This document shows positions 12,401 through 27,400 of a stretch of DNA of 64,000 bases, piece by piece (position 1 is the stretch's first letter; each line of letters begins with the position of its first letter). The notes beneath the pieces are model-generated. The model did no database searches and was not told the origin of the DNA. It saw nothing but the letters and a program-made list of their open reading frames with translations. Position numbers and translations under genes: made by a program. The stretch is from Lytechinus pictus (lineage: Eukaryota): positions 15,564,001 to 15,628,000 of the forward strand of contig NC_087251.1 of NCBI RefSeq assembly GCF_037042905.1, written 5' to 3'.

Positions 12401-15400
12401 AGAGGTTTGCACACTGGCAGTGGTAGGTTGTTCATTACATGGTGATGTTTGTTTGCATGCTCTGTCTACATCTACTTCAGGGCTTTTTGATATTAATTTT
12501 AGACTACTGTCAGTGGTGGTGGATGCATCTAATACTAATCTCTGCTCTGTTAGAAGGTCAATTGGTGATGTTTGTTGTGCAGAGACAGTAGTACCATCAG
12601 TGATAGTGGATACATCCACTAATGATCTTTGTGATGCTGGAATTTCTGGAGATGTGTTAGTAAACCTGTGCTTCATGGATGATCTTTGTTTAGCTGCAGC
12701 AAATATCTGAGCAAGCTCATCATCTGTGCTTCTAGAGCTGTGCAAAGGAGAATATGCTGGACTTGCTCCATCAATAGAATGAATAGGAGGAACATTAAGA
12801 GATGAAGGGAGATTACTTTGTTGTTCCTTTTCAATCATGGCTTCTTGGATGGTTTCTTCTGGTGACTGATTAATCTTCAAGGATGGGTGTATATGCTCCT
12901 TTCCCTGACAACCACTGTCTTTGGTGCCCTTTTCAGAATCTCTGCTAAGCTCCTCAATCTGGGTACCTGTAGAATCCAGTGGTCCAGCTGCAATGATGAG
13001 TCTTGGTGATGGTGTGATCGGTTTAAAAGAATGCATGCTCTCATTAAGAGCCTCTGGTGATGTAGACCTATCCTTTCTTTCATGAAGCACAATTGATACT
13101 AAGTCACCTGACTGTCCTTCAGTCATGTCTGAAGGCTTGCATTGGATTGACTTGTCAACAGCTGTAGTAATAATTCCAATGTCCTCCATAGATGACTGTG
13201 GGTGGGTTGAACGCTCAGTGGAGTCAGTCGACAACAAGTGCCACTTGACAGGTTCTTTGTTGGTTGGATGGGCAATTTTTAGTACTATGGGTTCTTCATT
13301 GATAGTTATTTCAGGGTAACTTTGATGCTCTTCAGCAGATTCCGGTGTCCTGATATCACTATCAGGCTGTGTAAGAATGTCATCTGTGCTGCAGGAAGCA
13401 TGGGAGACCTCCTTGGTTGTTTTATGATGGGAATAATTATCTTTGACCAAAATACTTGGATCATCTGTATTCATTCCTTGATCTTTCTTAAAGTTGTTAT
13501 TCCCTGGCAGAGCTATCTTCTGTTCATTTCCATATGTACCAGTACCAACTCTGTTGTTCTTATCATCAACAAAAGAAACAATAGATTCTTCAGGATTTTG
13601 ATGTTCCAAATAGATATTCCGCTGAGAATTCTTGGGTAACGAATGTCCAGAATCTATGCATTTGTCCTTTTGCTTTGGCTCTATAATCACCATCCCTTTG
13701 GTATCAACTACTGAACTTTGCTGTGAAGGATGTTCATCAGAATCAGAAGATTCCATTAACTTGGAAAGCATCGGTAACAAGGGCTCCTCATGATGACTTA
13801 TGGGATGCTCGGTGCAAGCCTCTGTTACATGGACTCTGGACAAATTTTGGGTAGATCTTGTATCATGTGCCAGAAATGTTGGCTCCTTTAATCTGCTCTG
13901 ATCGTGAAGAGCCTTTACATTATATTTAGTGCTGACAAAAGAAGTTGGTTGCTTATGGTCTGGCTGATCATGATTTTCATCTTGTGTTTTTTGCTGCTGT
14001 CCTTCCTCCATAGCAAGTGATTCTGTATTCATTCTATGATTTTCTTCTGGCTTATGTGCATCATCAAACTTAGTCTCATCATAATATTCAGGCTGAGAAA
14101 GGGGTTTCATAGTTTCTCCTAGTTTCATCAACATTGCTGACAGTGGAATTTCAGGAAGATGATGTGTACTCTTAGTATAAGTCTCATAAACTTGATATTT
14201 GGGTACGTCTTGGAAAACTTCAAGCTGCTCCAATTCACATTGACTATGGACTGAAAATGGATCACCTGGTTGTTCAGCTCTAGGCTCTAGTTGGCTGTTA
14301 AAAGTGGTTTTAGAATCAGTTTCATTTTCACTGTCCTTGAAGAGGGATGATAAACTCACTTCTGGTAAATGCACTCTGTCAACTGTGATCTGCTCTAATA
14401 CTGGCAGCTTCAAAAGTCTGCAGTCACCATTGTCAATTCTATTGTGGACAGGACTTTCCACAACTCCTGTACTATTTAGTGGCACTTCCTTTTCCACTTC
14501 TGTGTCAACAATAGGCAAATTGTCCCTGCCATCTGGAATCTCATTGCTTTTGGCAAACAATTTTTTAAATCTCTGTGATGAGGAAACCATGCTCTCTTCA
14601 AGCTGAACCTTTGAAGCATATATAACCTCTGTTACATCAGATATTGGGTTGGAAATGTTGAGAGGTCTTTCAACTTCTGATGATAAAAGTTCCTCTTGAC
14701 CTGCTTCTTCAGCTGAATTTGAGTTGTTATTTTCTGGTGACCTAGATGGCCTATCACTGATATTCAATTTTCCAACTTGAGACAAACTAGGGTGTTTCAT
14801 CTCTGCAACCTTGAAAGGGGTCAATACTGATTCTTGAATCTGAACTGGAACCTTGTCATTAACCACTGAAGATGACAAAGGTAACATAGATTTACCAATG
14901 TCAACTGGAGTTTCATCAAGATCAAGATCTTTCATCTCTGGGGGAGAATCTATATTATGATTGTGATCTAGATCACTCCCGCTTTTACTGGTCTTGGTCT
15001 CATCACTGATATCATCTTCAGAAATCTCATTAACATCCAGATGTTCTGCGATGTTCTTATCCACATCAGTAGAAGATGAGAAAGCCGGTATATTGATGGC
15101 AGAATTGTGTTTCAAGCTGCTGAAAGCATCAATATCCATCTTCCTCAATATAAGAGTAATGTCCTCCCTTGGATATGCACGTTGCATTGATTTAGTGACA
15201 CCGGGTTCAAGCTGTAAACCCTGAAAGTCAGTTGGATATTTTGATGAAGTTTCAAGCAGCTGGTCCTCTTCTATATTATGTAGGGATACAGCTGAATTAC
15301 TGTCTGTCATAATGTCATCTCCTACACTCACCAGTTCCATATCAGAGACAGTGGTTGATCTGCTTCTTATTTCTCGAATTGAAGAGTCACCATCAACTGC

Positions 15401-18400
15401 TACATCTGATGCTGTCCAAGACTGATCTTCACACTCATTGCCTCCAGGTACAGTATCAACTCCTTTGTGATCAACACTTCCTGGACTTCCAGATAATTGA
15501 TTTGTCAATGAATCATTACATTCAAATGAATCAGGGTCATATCCAACACCATCACCGACAATCCTATCAACTAGCCCCTTGTCTTTATGCATTCTAAGAG
15601 AGTCAGAGCCCTCTGAACTATCTGTGCTTTCAACAGAGAGGCCAAACATCTTCATGAACATTGTTAATTTTGCACTTGCAACAGCATAGTCTTTTCCAAG
15701 GAAAGGCTTTAGGTTTTCGACAGCCTGTGATTCATTTGCATCTACAAACTTCTCAGGATACGTTGTTAGGATGTCACTGCTAATATTCCCATCACCTTTG
15801 TGAATATCTTCATGATTTGTGGCTCCATCATCTGCTACTTCATCATCCAAAGTATCTTTTGAACTATCATCAACAGGCATTTCAGGTTTCTCCTCAAGAA
15901 TGTCCTCTGGAATATGGTCTTTATCTGTATTGGCTGGAGCATACAAAGCCATGGCCATGCCTGCAATGTCATCCTTTTGTTGGTCTTCCTCAGAGATATT
16001 GTCAAAATCTTCTGGCTGAGACTTTAATACAAGACATGATACTAGACCTACAGTCTCATCATTATTGGAGTTTCCTATACCAAGGATGTTCTCCCCGAGA
16101 TGATCTTCAGTCGTAGTCTCAGACATTTCTAATTTCTTTGCCTTAAGATCTTTCCTCTGTATTTTTGGTGAAACATTTCCATGAGATTTCTCCTTAGGGA
16201 TGACTGATGCTTCACTTTTCCTTTTGAAGTCAAATTTTGGAACATTCTTTGGATACAGTCTTGAAAAGACATCCTTCTTTTTTCTACCATTATTTATTTT
16301 TGGTGACTCGACTGGCGAAGCTTCATCTCTAGTATGTGACTCAGCCAGCTCATCAATACTTTCAGTATCACCATTAGTTGGCTCTTTACTATTCATTGAG
16401 TTTCCTGGTATGTGAGACAAATCTGTGTTATCAGCAGTGGATGGAATTGCAGGAATACCCTCATCATTTTCAGCTAACTTGTTGATGGGACTTTCAATTT
16501 CAGATTCATTAATTTCTGATACCATATCATCCTGCTGAGAAGCCATGTTACAAAATGTAGGAATATCCTCAGAGTCATCTAATTTATCCATATTTTCAGA
16601 TGATTTGTATACTTCAGATTTTGTTTCTTGATCTGCATTTTGTAATAATTCAGATGGATGTGTGGGGCTGATATTTTTGTCCAATGGATCCAATGTTTCT
16701 TCATTATGAACAGACATAGATAATACTTCTGGAGGAACATCATAGTGAACATTCTCTGGTGATGTAACTGACATATGCTCAATATTTGGAGATGCCACTC
16801 TACTATTTGGAGGTGAGACAGAATGTAAAGTGCTGCAAGTGTCTTCCGATTCTGAAACTTCTCTCACACTGTCTTCCTCCTGGATAGTATCTAGAGTGTG
16901 TAAAATGTAACTTTGTTCTGGCAGATCACGTGGTGAATAATATGGACTTCTTGTCTGTTCTCCATTCCCTCCATCTTTCCAATTGTCTTTCTTATCTAAA
17001 TTGGTTTCAGCGACACCTGACTTTGTATCATTGTTGATGTCTCCATGACAAACTGAAATATCTGCTGGTCTTATGTTCTCATTCCCTTTAAAAACATCTA
17101 CAGATCTGGCAAGTTCCTGCAGATCTGTTATGTCAGGAGACACATGTATTTTTCTTGCCATTAAGGAACCTGGAGAAGCACCCAATTCTTGTTCAAGTGG
17201 AGAGCCTCCAAGTTCGTCTATCTGCGGTGAGCCATATTTCCTTTGGTCCAGATTTTCACAGTCCAGAGTCTTTGATACAGGTGTTCCTTCAGGTGTTCCT
17301 GTCGGAGTGCTGCATGAGATTATCTGATCTTTACCCCAAGTCTTCTTCAATGGAATAATTTCATTCTTGTTGAATGCTGAAGGAGACTCGACTGCAGTCT
17401 GATATAAAGAGGTGTCTATTGCACTCTGGTAAAGAACTGAGTCATCTGGCAGAGTGCTGTCCTGAGATGACTTGATAAGGGTGTCCTGTTTATGTGGAGA
17501 ATCAGCATTGAAAAGAGATTTGTACACATTTGGTGGTAGAGATGCTTGAATAGACGGAACAGTTCTCTTTCTCATTCCTTCGGGAATGTGAGGATCAGTT
17601 TTCAATTGAACTGATGAATTACTAGTACCATTGTCATCACTGGTATCTGTTGCTTCCCCATTTATTTCTGAATTTTGTAGAGCAGACATGTTGTCATTCA
17701 TGGCTTCTTCTTCTTCTTCATCCTTAACCTTATCCACATCCTCCAGAAAGTCTGAGAGGCTTTGCTCCTCGTCGAAATGATATTCTGCTGCACTAGTGGA
17801 TGAGCAAGAGGATGGACTTTCCATGCTCTCCATTTCTTCATCGGAAAAGGGAACAGGGGATGCACGGGTGATCCTGAAATTGTGATTGTTTGAGATCTGA
17901 TTTCTTTCACTGTTGCCATTCAGCACTGGCAATTGATGAAGGTGGGAATCTGAATGAGATTTGTCAATATTGGTCAGGTCCTTGGTGTCTGATGGCCCAT
18001 ATACAATTTTGTGATCTTCACAGTCAGTCTTTGATTGGTTAATAAGATGATCAATGTTTTGAGGTATATTTTGTCCCATTGCCTTTTTATCAATATCCTT
18101 CACAGTTGTTCCGACAGTCGGGGGCATAACTTGAAAGTCATCATTACCATGTAGAAGCTTGTAGGTTTCATCACACAATCTATCAGGAAGACTTTTCATC
18201 TTTGGGTTGTCTTCTTTACCATGTTTTTCCAGCTTATCATCACCAGGGCCAATATCAGAATGTGGTTGTGCTTGCTGTGGACCCATATTTTGTGTGACTT
18301 TTCTTTTGTCTAATGGCTTCTGCTGGTATTTGTTATCTGGGGAATCAGTGCCACTTTCCCCATTAGGAAACATAACTTTTTCAGGTGACAGGCACTCATA

Positions 18401-21400
18401 ATCAAGAGGTAATTCTTGTGAAATCTCTTTTTCTTCTTCACTGTACTCTGATTGATCATCGGTCACCTTATCAGATGAAACTTCATCGCTCTCACTATCA
18501 CTTGAATCCAGCTCAAATTTGGACAAGTCCACAATCACTGGGCGCTGTAGCTGATCCAGCTGGTTAGCCATAACAACGCAAGAAACGGTAGGAACTTCAT
18601 CTTCTTCACTTTGTATCGCTATCATAGGTATGGGTGGTTGCTTATTATCCTTTATTTGATCTTGATTATTACTTTCTAAGGAAGTGTTGCCATTGAACAT
18701 GGCTGGATTCTTTGATGATTTTGGCTCATCTGGCCCAAGAATTTTGGTTATCATATGATCTCCATGTTGTGCCTGATCATCTCTGTCATTAGCTGGAGAG
18801 GCATCAACAGTGTAACTAGCAGAAGATGGAGAGTTTACTGCTATGTTTGGTTGTGGATGATCATCCAAATCACCTTTTGGAGTATCCATGCCATCATTTT
18901 CATAATTACTAGTTTCTGATTCACCCGAGTCTTTTGGCTCTTGCTTAGTATTATCTTGAATAACCTCATCAGGTTCACATGGGCATGATGATGTTAGTAT
19001 TGTCACTGCATTATCTGCTGCCTCCTTTGGTTCTAGTACTGCACAATCTTTCTGATTTCCATCCATGTATAACTCTTCATTTCGGGGTTGATTACGAAAG
19101 CCATCATGAACATTTCCAGTCACTTCTTTTTCAATCTCAACCTTACTGTGGTCTTCAGGAAAATCTAGAAGGGTGGGATTTTGAGTTTCACTGAAGAGTT
19201 CCATGTCCTTATTATCAAATACAGATGAAGGTTCCAGATCTCTTGATGTCAATTCTTCTGCAATTGGTAGTGCCTGATTAGATTCAGGAAAAACTTCAAG
19301 ATTTGAGAGTTCTGAATGTTGTTCTATATTTCCTCCAACTTTGGGTAATTCTTCATCAGTCTTTCTGACCAACACAATGTCAGGTTTCCTAATGTCACCA
19401 GAGCCAAAGACAGTAGAAGATTCTTCATCATTTTGCTTATTACAGGCAACATTCATATCATTCAGACTACTTGGTCTAGAAGTTACACATTCAGGTAAGT
19501 CTTGCTTCAAGGCAGGTTCATTAATTTGCTGCTCTTCTTGAAACACAGTTTGATTACAAATGTCATTGATATCAACAAAATTATCATCTTCTTTGTGTTG
19601 AAGGTCATTTCTTCCTGGGATATCACTGTCCCCTTCTGTCTGCAACACATTGACATCTGATCCACAAGATCTATCCTTTTCCTCAATGCAAACATCATCA
19701 GGATTTGAAGAGAAAGGAGAAGTAATATCACCACCTAGACTGTCTGCTCCTGATTGAATCTCATCAGAGTATGACTCTTGAGGAAAATCCTCATTGTCAC
19801 TGACCTCAAGTTCTTGATCCTCTTCCACCTCTCTCTGCTCATTTATTTCAGGAACCTCAACAGGAGAATCATTCCTGCCCATTTCAATTTTGACTGTTTG
19901 TCCCTCTGCTTCTTCTTTGTGAGAGGCAGCAGGAGGCAAAGGATCCAAACGATCAGTAGGCTCACTAAGTAATTCCTTTGCTAATGAAGATTCTTCAAAT
20001 GATTCTTGGTGTACAGGATCATATGCTTCATAAGTATCCATTTGAAAATCACCATCGGTTTCTTTATGCTGGTCAGGATTACCATTATCAAAATCGTTAG
20101 AAGTTTCCAATATCTCTATTGGTCCACATGCTTCATTTCCATGGTTACCATCGCTAAGTACTGGATGAGATGACATCGGAGCTTCAATGAGCATGTCTGT
20201 GCTTGACTGATTTTCATTATTGCATGGCTTCAGACTTTGTGAATCACAGATTTTAGGGTTTTCCTCCCCAGTTTTCAATCCTTTCAGGCCCTCAAAATCA
20301 TTTCCTCCTTCAGCATCTTCTGTTTCCCAGGTTGGTCTGTCATAATTGTCATCAGAGTGGGAAGAGTCAGAAGACAAGTCATCGAATGGAAGGTCTGTTT
20401 CTGGTGAACCTTGGCTGATGTGCTGCTCTATATCATTCACAGCAATATCAGGGGATAGACCTGCAAGTTTGAAAGTAATTTCATCAAAGTTAGCATCCCT
20501 ACTCTCCTCCCAAGCTTCTGTTTCAGCATCTAATGGTCCAACCACTTCATTGTCGGATATTTCATCAAGGTCCACTGAGTCAGGGTCTATATTTTCATCA
20601 CAATGTGAGTCCTTTGGAGATTCTTTATCATTCATTTTCAATGAAGGGCATTCAGTATTTTTCTGCTTGTACTTTTCAGGAACCACATAACACTCATCAT
20701 AAGATGATGGTTTGCTGATTTCCTTTTCAGATGAGACATGTGAACAGGGTGGCTTTGATGAAGCTGGTCTAAGTTCTTTATCATCAGATTTTTCACCGAG
20801 ATCCATTGAAGGTTTAGCACTTAGTAATTCCCCAGGATTTTCTTGATCACTGATATTTGAAAGATTATTTTTGGAGTTTTCCTGTGAGGTATTCTGCTCA
20901 ATTCTTGTTGGAATTGGACACGACTTCTCATCATAAATTGGTTTGTTGAATTCTTTGTCCAATAAGGAATCAGGACAAAGTGGTTTTGAAGATGTTGGTC
21001 CAAGTTCTTCATCATTGGATGTTACATCAGGACTGACTAAAGACTCACCACTAAATAATTCTCTTGGAGATTCTTGATCGCTGATATTTGAAGGATCATT
21101 TAGGAAGTTTTCATGAGAAGGCTTCTGCCCATTTCTTGCTGGGTTCACACATGACTTATCATCATGAGTTGGTTGGCTGATGTCATTGCTAAAGATGGAA
21201 CCAGAGGAAAGTTGTTTTGATGATGTTGGTCCAAGTACCTGATCATCAGGTGCTTTATCAGGATTGACTACAAATTCATCGGTAAGCAAGTCCCCTGGAT
21301 ATTCCTGATCACAGATATTTGAAGGATCATTTTTTAGGTTTTCCTTTGAGATATCTTGATAATCTCTTGCTGGATTCACACACAGCTCCTCATCATATAT

Positions 21401-24400
21401 TCCTTTGTAGAATTTTTTGTCAAATGTGGCATCAGGACAATGTTTTGAAGATGGTGATATAACTTCTTCCTCATCAGATGTTATATCAGGATTGACTGAT
21501 GGTTCATCAGTAAGTAGTTTCTCTGCACTGATACTAGGGTAATTTTTAGAGTTCGCTAGTGACATATTTTGCTCAATTCTTTCTGGACTCGCACATAACC
21601 GATCACAAATTGGTTTGTAGAATTCTTTGTCAAATGTAGAATCAGGACAAAGTGGTTTTAAAGATGATGATCTCACTTCTTCATCTTCAGATGTTATATC
21701 AGGATTGACTGATGGTTCATCATTAAGCAGCTTCTCTGGAAATTCTTGATCACCGATATAAGGATCATTTTTAGAGTTTTCCTGTGAGTCATTCTGCTCA
21801 ATTCTTGCTGGACTCACACATAACTCATCACTATAACTTGGTTTGTTGAATTCTCTATCCAATGCAGCATCAGGACAAGGTGGTTTTGAAGATGTTAGTC
21901 TAAGTTCTTCATCATCAGATGTTATTCCAGGATTGACTAAAGATTCATTGGTAAGCGACTCCCCTAGAGATTCTTGATCCCCTATATTTAAAGGGTCATT
22001 AGATGAGTTTTCCTGTGAGGTACTCTTCCCATTTCTTGCAGGACTCACAGATGACTCATCATCATTAGATGGTATGATGATGTCTTTGCTGTAGCTGGAA
22101 CCAGAACAAAGCGGTTTTGATGATGCTACTTCATAATCAGATGATTTATCAAGATCTAATAAAGCTTTACCTGTAAGCATTTGCCCTAGATATTCTTGAT
22201 CACTGATATTTGAAAGGTCTTCATGTGAGCTATTCTGTTCATTTGTTCCTGGACCCAAACATTTGTTGATTTGTTGGTCAAATGTGGCATCATGACAGGG
22301 TGGTTTTGTGGATGTTGATCGGACTACATCATCATCAGAGATTTCATAAGGATCCACTGGGTCACGAACTCTATTATCATCAGTGAATTCTAAAGGTGGT
22401 ACCTCTTCTTCACCGTGCATTTCCCCTAAAGGTTCTTGATAACTGATATTTCCATGGTGATCTTGGGATTTTTTCTTTGTCTCTTCCTGCACATTTCTGT
22501 CAGGAACAACAGGTGGCTCAACTTCATTTGATGGCTTATTCATTTCTTCCTTTATTAATGAAGCAGGACTGGACTTTCTTGAGGATAAGCATTCATCAGG
22601 CAAGTCTGGCATTGAGTGCAATTCAGTAGTATTTGGCTTTAGGGGTAAAACTGCATTCTCTTCATTGAAGTTCACCTGTGATGTCTCTTCTTGTGTTTCT
22701 GTGTCTGTGTCTTTAACTTCAGCACCTTTGTCTCTTTCACAAGCTCCTAGTTCCTGATCTTTTGGTTCAACAATTTTCTGTTGTAATTCTATATTGGGGG
22801 TTGGAGGTTCTGTTAACACATTGTCTCCATTATGCAAATGTGTTTCTGATGGTGAAGTCTGATTCTCATCAAGCCCTATTTCATCAAGGTGATCAGATTC
22901 TTCAATAATTTCATCCTCTCTTTGCATAGCAGGAAGTGTTGGTTCATTATCAGAATGTTCCAAATTACATGAGATATTCCCATTAGTTTCTTCATGGTCA
23001 CATACAATAGGACCATTCATAACCTTTTCACTGTTAGGAACATCATCATCTGGCAATGGTCGCTTTCCATTCAAGTGTAGGCTGTTGCAAGAGTTATCAT
23101 CAGAATCTGCACTTCCTTGTTCTTCATTTGCAATTGCCTCTGAATTTTCTACCTCTATCATTGTAGTATGGCAAGGATCATCGGTTTCTAGTTCATCATT
23201 GCTGTTCACACTCTCAAGAGTATCTGAACTGTGTTTCCTGTCAGGGATATCAAGGTTCAATGCAATGTCATCTTCATCATCTTCTCCTTCATCACTAGAA
23301 GCTGTAAGAATATCCTCGGATGAGACAGGTATGGCCCAGAATTCATCTTCATCTGCAGATGTCATATCAACAATTCTTGGTCCATCATCATGTTCAAGTT
23401 CTATTTGTTGATCACATTGAAGATCTTCCTCCAGGGAATCAACAAAACTTTCTGAAGAGCTGTAACTATCTTCTACATTGATTGAAACATTTATTCCATC
23501 CATCTCCAAATCGCATGTGTCCACACCAATAGTATCCTTATTTGGGTCAGTTTGCGTTTCCTGTGGATGCTTTCCAATAGACCTCTTAAGACTTGGACTA
23601 CAGGGCTGTTCACATCCTAAAGCCCCCAAATTTTCTGGATACAGTCCGCTATCCTGCTCACTGGTGTGCTTCTGAAGTTCAAGCCTCAATTGTTCACTAG
23701 TGAGAGGAACATAGAATGCTTCAGATTTTGGTGTACTCTTTGGCAAGTTCTCTAGAGATGGCCAGTTCTTTGGTTTGACAACAGGAGTTCTTGCAAATTT
23801 CCTCCGAGGACTGGGAGAAACAGAATTTTCATTGTCATTGCGACTCCTTGAAAGGGGCCTCTTCACTGTCTTTCGATGAGATGGAGTTTGTTCTGATTTC
23901 TTCTTGGGAGATGGACTTCTGTCTATTGCTTGACTACTGCTCGGTCTTGACCGTGAAGGGGAGACAGATGAACCTTTAGGAGTCTTTAATTTTAAAGTGT
24001 TTTCTGGTTTACTTGATTTTCTCTTTGTTGGACTGGACAGAGTTTGTTCTTGTGGAGTTGTTTGGTGGGCTCTCTTCATATTTGCTTGGCACTTATTGTT
24101 TTTTTTTTCATTACCACGATCACTTTGAGTTCTCTCAGGTTGAGATTTTACTGTATCTTTTGGTTTCACTTTGGTTTTCCTACCAATCTCATCAGTCTTT
24201 TGTGATGATTGTGATAATGGAGATTTCTTTGGCCTTGCTACAGGTTTAATAGGTTTATTTATGCTTGGACTAGCACTCCTACTCCTTGAATGGTTCTTTG
24301 TTCTGTCTGGAAGATTGCTTGAAGGCACACTGTTCGTTCTCATAAGTTTATGATCCTGAACAAATTCATGTTTCCTGTCCTTTAACTTAATGGGATCATG

Positions 24401-27400
24401 CTCTGATGGAGACAGTTCTCTCCTTATCAGATATGGAGAGTCTCTATCTCTTTCTCTATGAGGATCATATTCACTATACCTTGGAGGACTCTTTTTCCTG
24501 AGATAATCAAATTTTGTTTCTTGCTGGGGAAACAAGCGAGAAAACACATCTCCTGAAGATTGCCTAGACCTTCTTGAAGATGTGCTGGCAGGAGAAGATG
24601 ATCTTGATGACTTGGTTGGGGAATCAGACCTTACAGATTTGGATGGAGATGCAGACCTCGAAGACTTAGTTGGTGAATCTGATCGTAATGATTTGGTGGG
24701 TGAACTAGACCTTGACGATTTGCTTGGAGAACTTGATCTAGAACTTTTACTTGGTGAAGGTGACCTTGAAGATGAAGCAGATTGACCATCACTTTCCCTT
24801 TTTAATTGTTCTTCCCTGGGTTTAGATTTTGGAGGTCCTAATTCAACCTTTTTGGCAGGTCTAGCATCAATATTTCTGGAGTTTTTCTTAGAACTTTTCA
24901 TTTGGTCCTTCTTTTTATCCACAATCTGATCTTTCTTTTCCTGCTTTTGGATGCGCTTTGTTTCTCTTTTGGGTGAAGGAAGGTTGTTATGGTGCATTGT
25001 TTCAGGATCACTGTTCCCTACAGGACTGACTCGTCCTGATGCTGGTAATTCTGTGCTCACATTTTCTGTAGAGCTATCTACTGTGTTCTCCATGTCACGA
25101 TCTCCAAGCTCTTTTTCAGGTGACTCTGAACTGAACTCTCCTTCGAGCAAACGTGGATCTGTTTCAAAGTCCTGGAGTTTTTGCTCTTCATGTTTCAGAA
25201 TCAATTGAGCAGTTCTTTTCTGTACCTCAAGGGTTGCCTGTCGCCGTTCCAGAGCAGCCAGTGCCTTACGTTGTGACTGCTTTTGTAGGAGTTCCATTAG
25301 TGTAACACGCTTCCGAGCAACGTCCAACCCTGAGAGGTCTTTGGTGTCAAAGCTGACATCAGCAACAACACTCGGAATGGTACACAGATCTGAGTGATAA
25401 GTTGTTTGTGCATCTTTCAGTTGGGTCAACTCTCCTTCAAGCTTTTGTTTACCTGGAGTAAAATTAAAAGAAAGAAAGATTTTACAGACATGTAACAATT
25501 AAAGTACAATCAATCACCACCAGCAACATATCATTAAGGGAGAACGAAACACTTGAAACCAGTTGAATTCATAGAAAATAGAAAATCAAAGAAAAAGATC
25601 AATGAAAGTTTGAGAAAGATTGAATGAATAATACGAAAATTATGACCTATTGAGATCACTAATGCTATGTGATCCTCCTATTGACAATGCGATCAAGAAA
25701 TGTGATGTCACACAAGTACTACTTCCCCATTACTAGAGTACATGAACATAATTCACTTAAATTTTCCCTTTCAGCTAGGCGATCGCAAGATCAGGTGTTC
25801 TTGATCTTGTGTTTTTTTTTTGGGGTGGATATGTAATACAGGTTCACAATATAATATCATGGATGATTTATAATGAGAATGGTAAAAAGAGGTTATATGT
25901 AGGTATATTTTCAATGTCTAAAGAGAGAGTTGTACATCCATGACATCACAGATCTTGGTCACATTACCAATGGGAACATCTTCATAGCATTTAGTGATCT
26001 TGACATTCAAATGGCCATAATTTCTCATTGTTTGTCAAAATTTACTCAAATATTTGTTGATCTCATTATTTCATTTTTCTGCTTCCACATGTTTAATTCT
26101 ACTTTAAGCAAATAACAGTGGTGAAGGTGATGGGTAAACTATCATTTTTGAGGAAAGTGATAGTTTGTCTCTTCACCTGAAATCAAGAGGTGATTATATG
26201 CTGTATTTAATTCAAAGCAATTCAATTCTTTGTTTATTAAAAATAAACATATACAATGCCGTAGTCCAAAGATAAGTAGTGCAATGTTTACCTAAAATAT
26301 ATATTTAGAGATTGTGTATTCATTCAAAATTATCAATACACATTTGAAACTATCAAAAGTTTATTGATTGAGATATTAATACATGTAATATTGTCTATCC
26401 TTGTCCACTGCTGCAATGCAAACTGTTGGTATTTGGATTATCTGAAATGTGAATCAATAGAAGCAAAAAAATAAGGGATGTCCTTACCCATCTCTTTTTG
26501 GTTACTGATCTTCCCCTTCATCATAGCGAGCTCCTCCTGAGCTAGAGCCATGGCATCCTGGTGCTCCTTCTTCAACCTCTCAATGAGCTCCTTCTGCTCC
26601 CTGATGCGCTCCTGGTGTTCATGCAGGCTTCTTTTCATCATCAATTCCTGCTCCTCCCTGGCTGCTACTGCCTCAGCTCTCCTGGCCTCCAACTCAGCAA
26701 GCTGTTTCCTATATATTTGAATATTAAATTGTATACATTGAAAAATGGAGATGAGCACTTATAACATTCCTATTATTTTTTTCTTTGAAGTATATAGTCT
26801 TGCTATGGGCAATAATTAGAAAAAAAAATATTCAAAAGTAACTTTCTCTTCTCAATGCAAGAAACATTATATCTGCATCCTTTGAGAAACGATGGTAACT
26901 TTTCTTTATTTTTTCTTCCTATTTCCAGCAACTAGAGCAGTGGGATTCAATCTAATCAGTGAACGATCTTTCTGGACAAAGTAGAGTGACATTATCTAAA
27001 GACATCTAAATATTCGGCACCAACAGACAAAATAGTCCTTGATGTCTAAATAATGAAAGAACACAATCACAGGTTTTTTATTTTCAAGAAATATTCTAAT
27101 TGGTTGCATTTCAGACAGTCCTATTCACAAAACTGTCCAATCATTTCTCCCATCAGCCCATAAACACCTCTATGTGATAGGCAAAATACAGGGTAAGAGG
27201 CATTTTACACCAAAATTAAGTTTTGACTAATTTTTATAAAGAGGTTTTTTTCATCTAAATTATCCTAGAAGATGATTTATAAGATACACAATATCTATCT
27301 TCAGTATTCAGTGAGTGTTAAACTTCACACAATCTTATTCTTAAATAATACAAACATTGAAACTAGTTCATGAAAAGATGAATAGGCTGAAGACTGTAAT

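Noticed and set aside
9249..25208. Many plus-strand ORFs of 60-115 aa
   Set aside because: Antisense shadows of the giant exon with no independent coding signal
25453..25498. N-terminus (MLHVCKIF...) of the 5451-aa ORF as a standalone gene start
   Set aside because: This stretch is intronic; the acceptor at 25453 joins the upstream exon in phase
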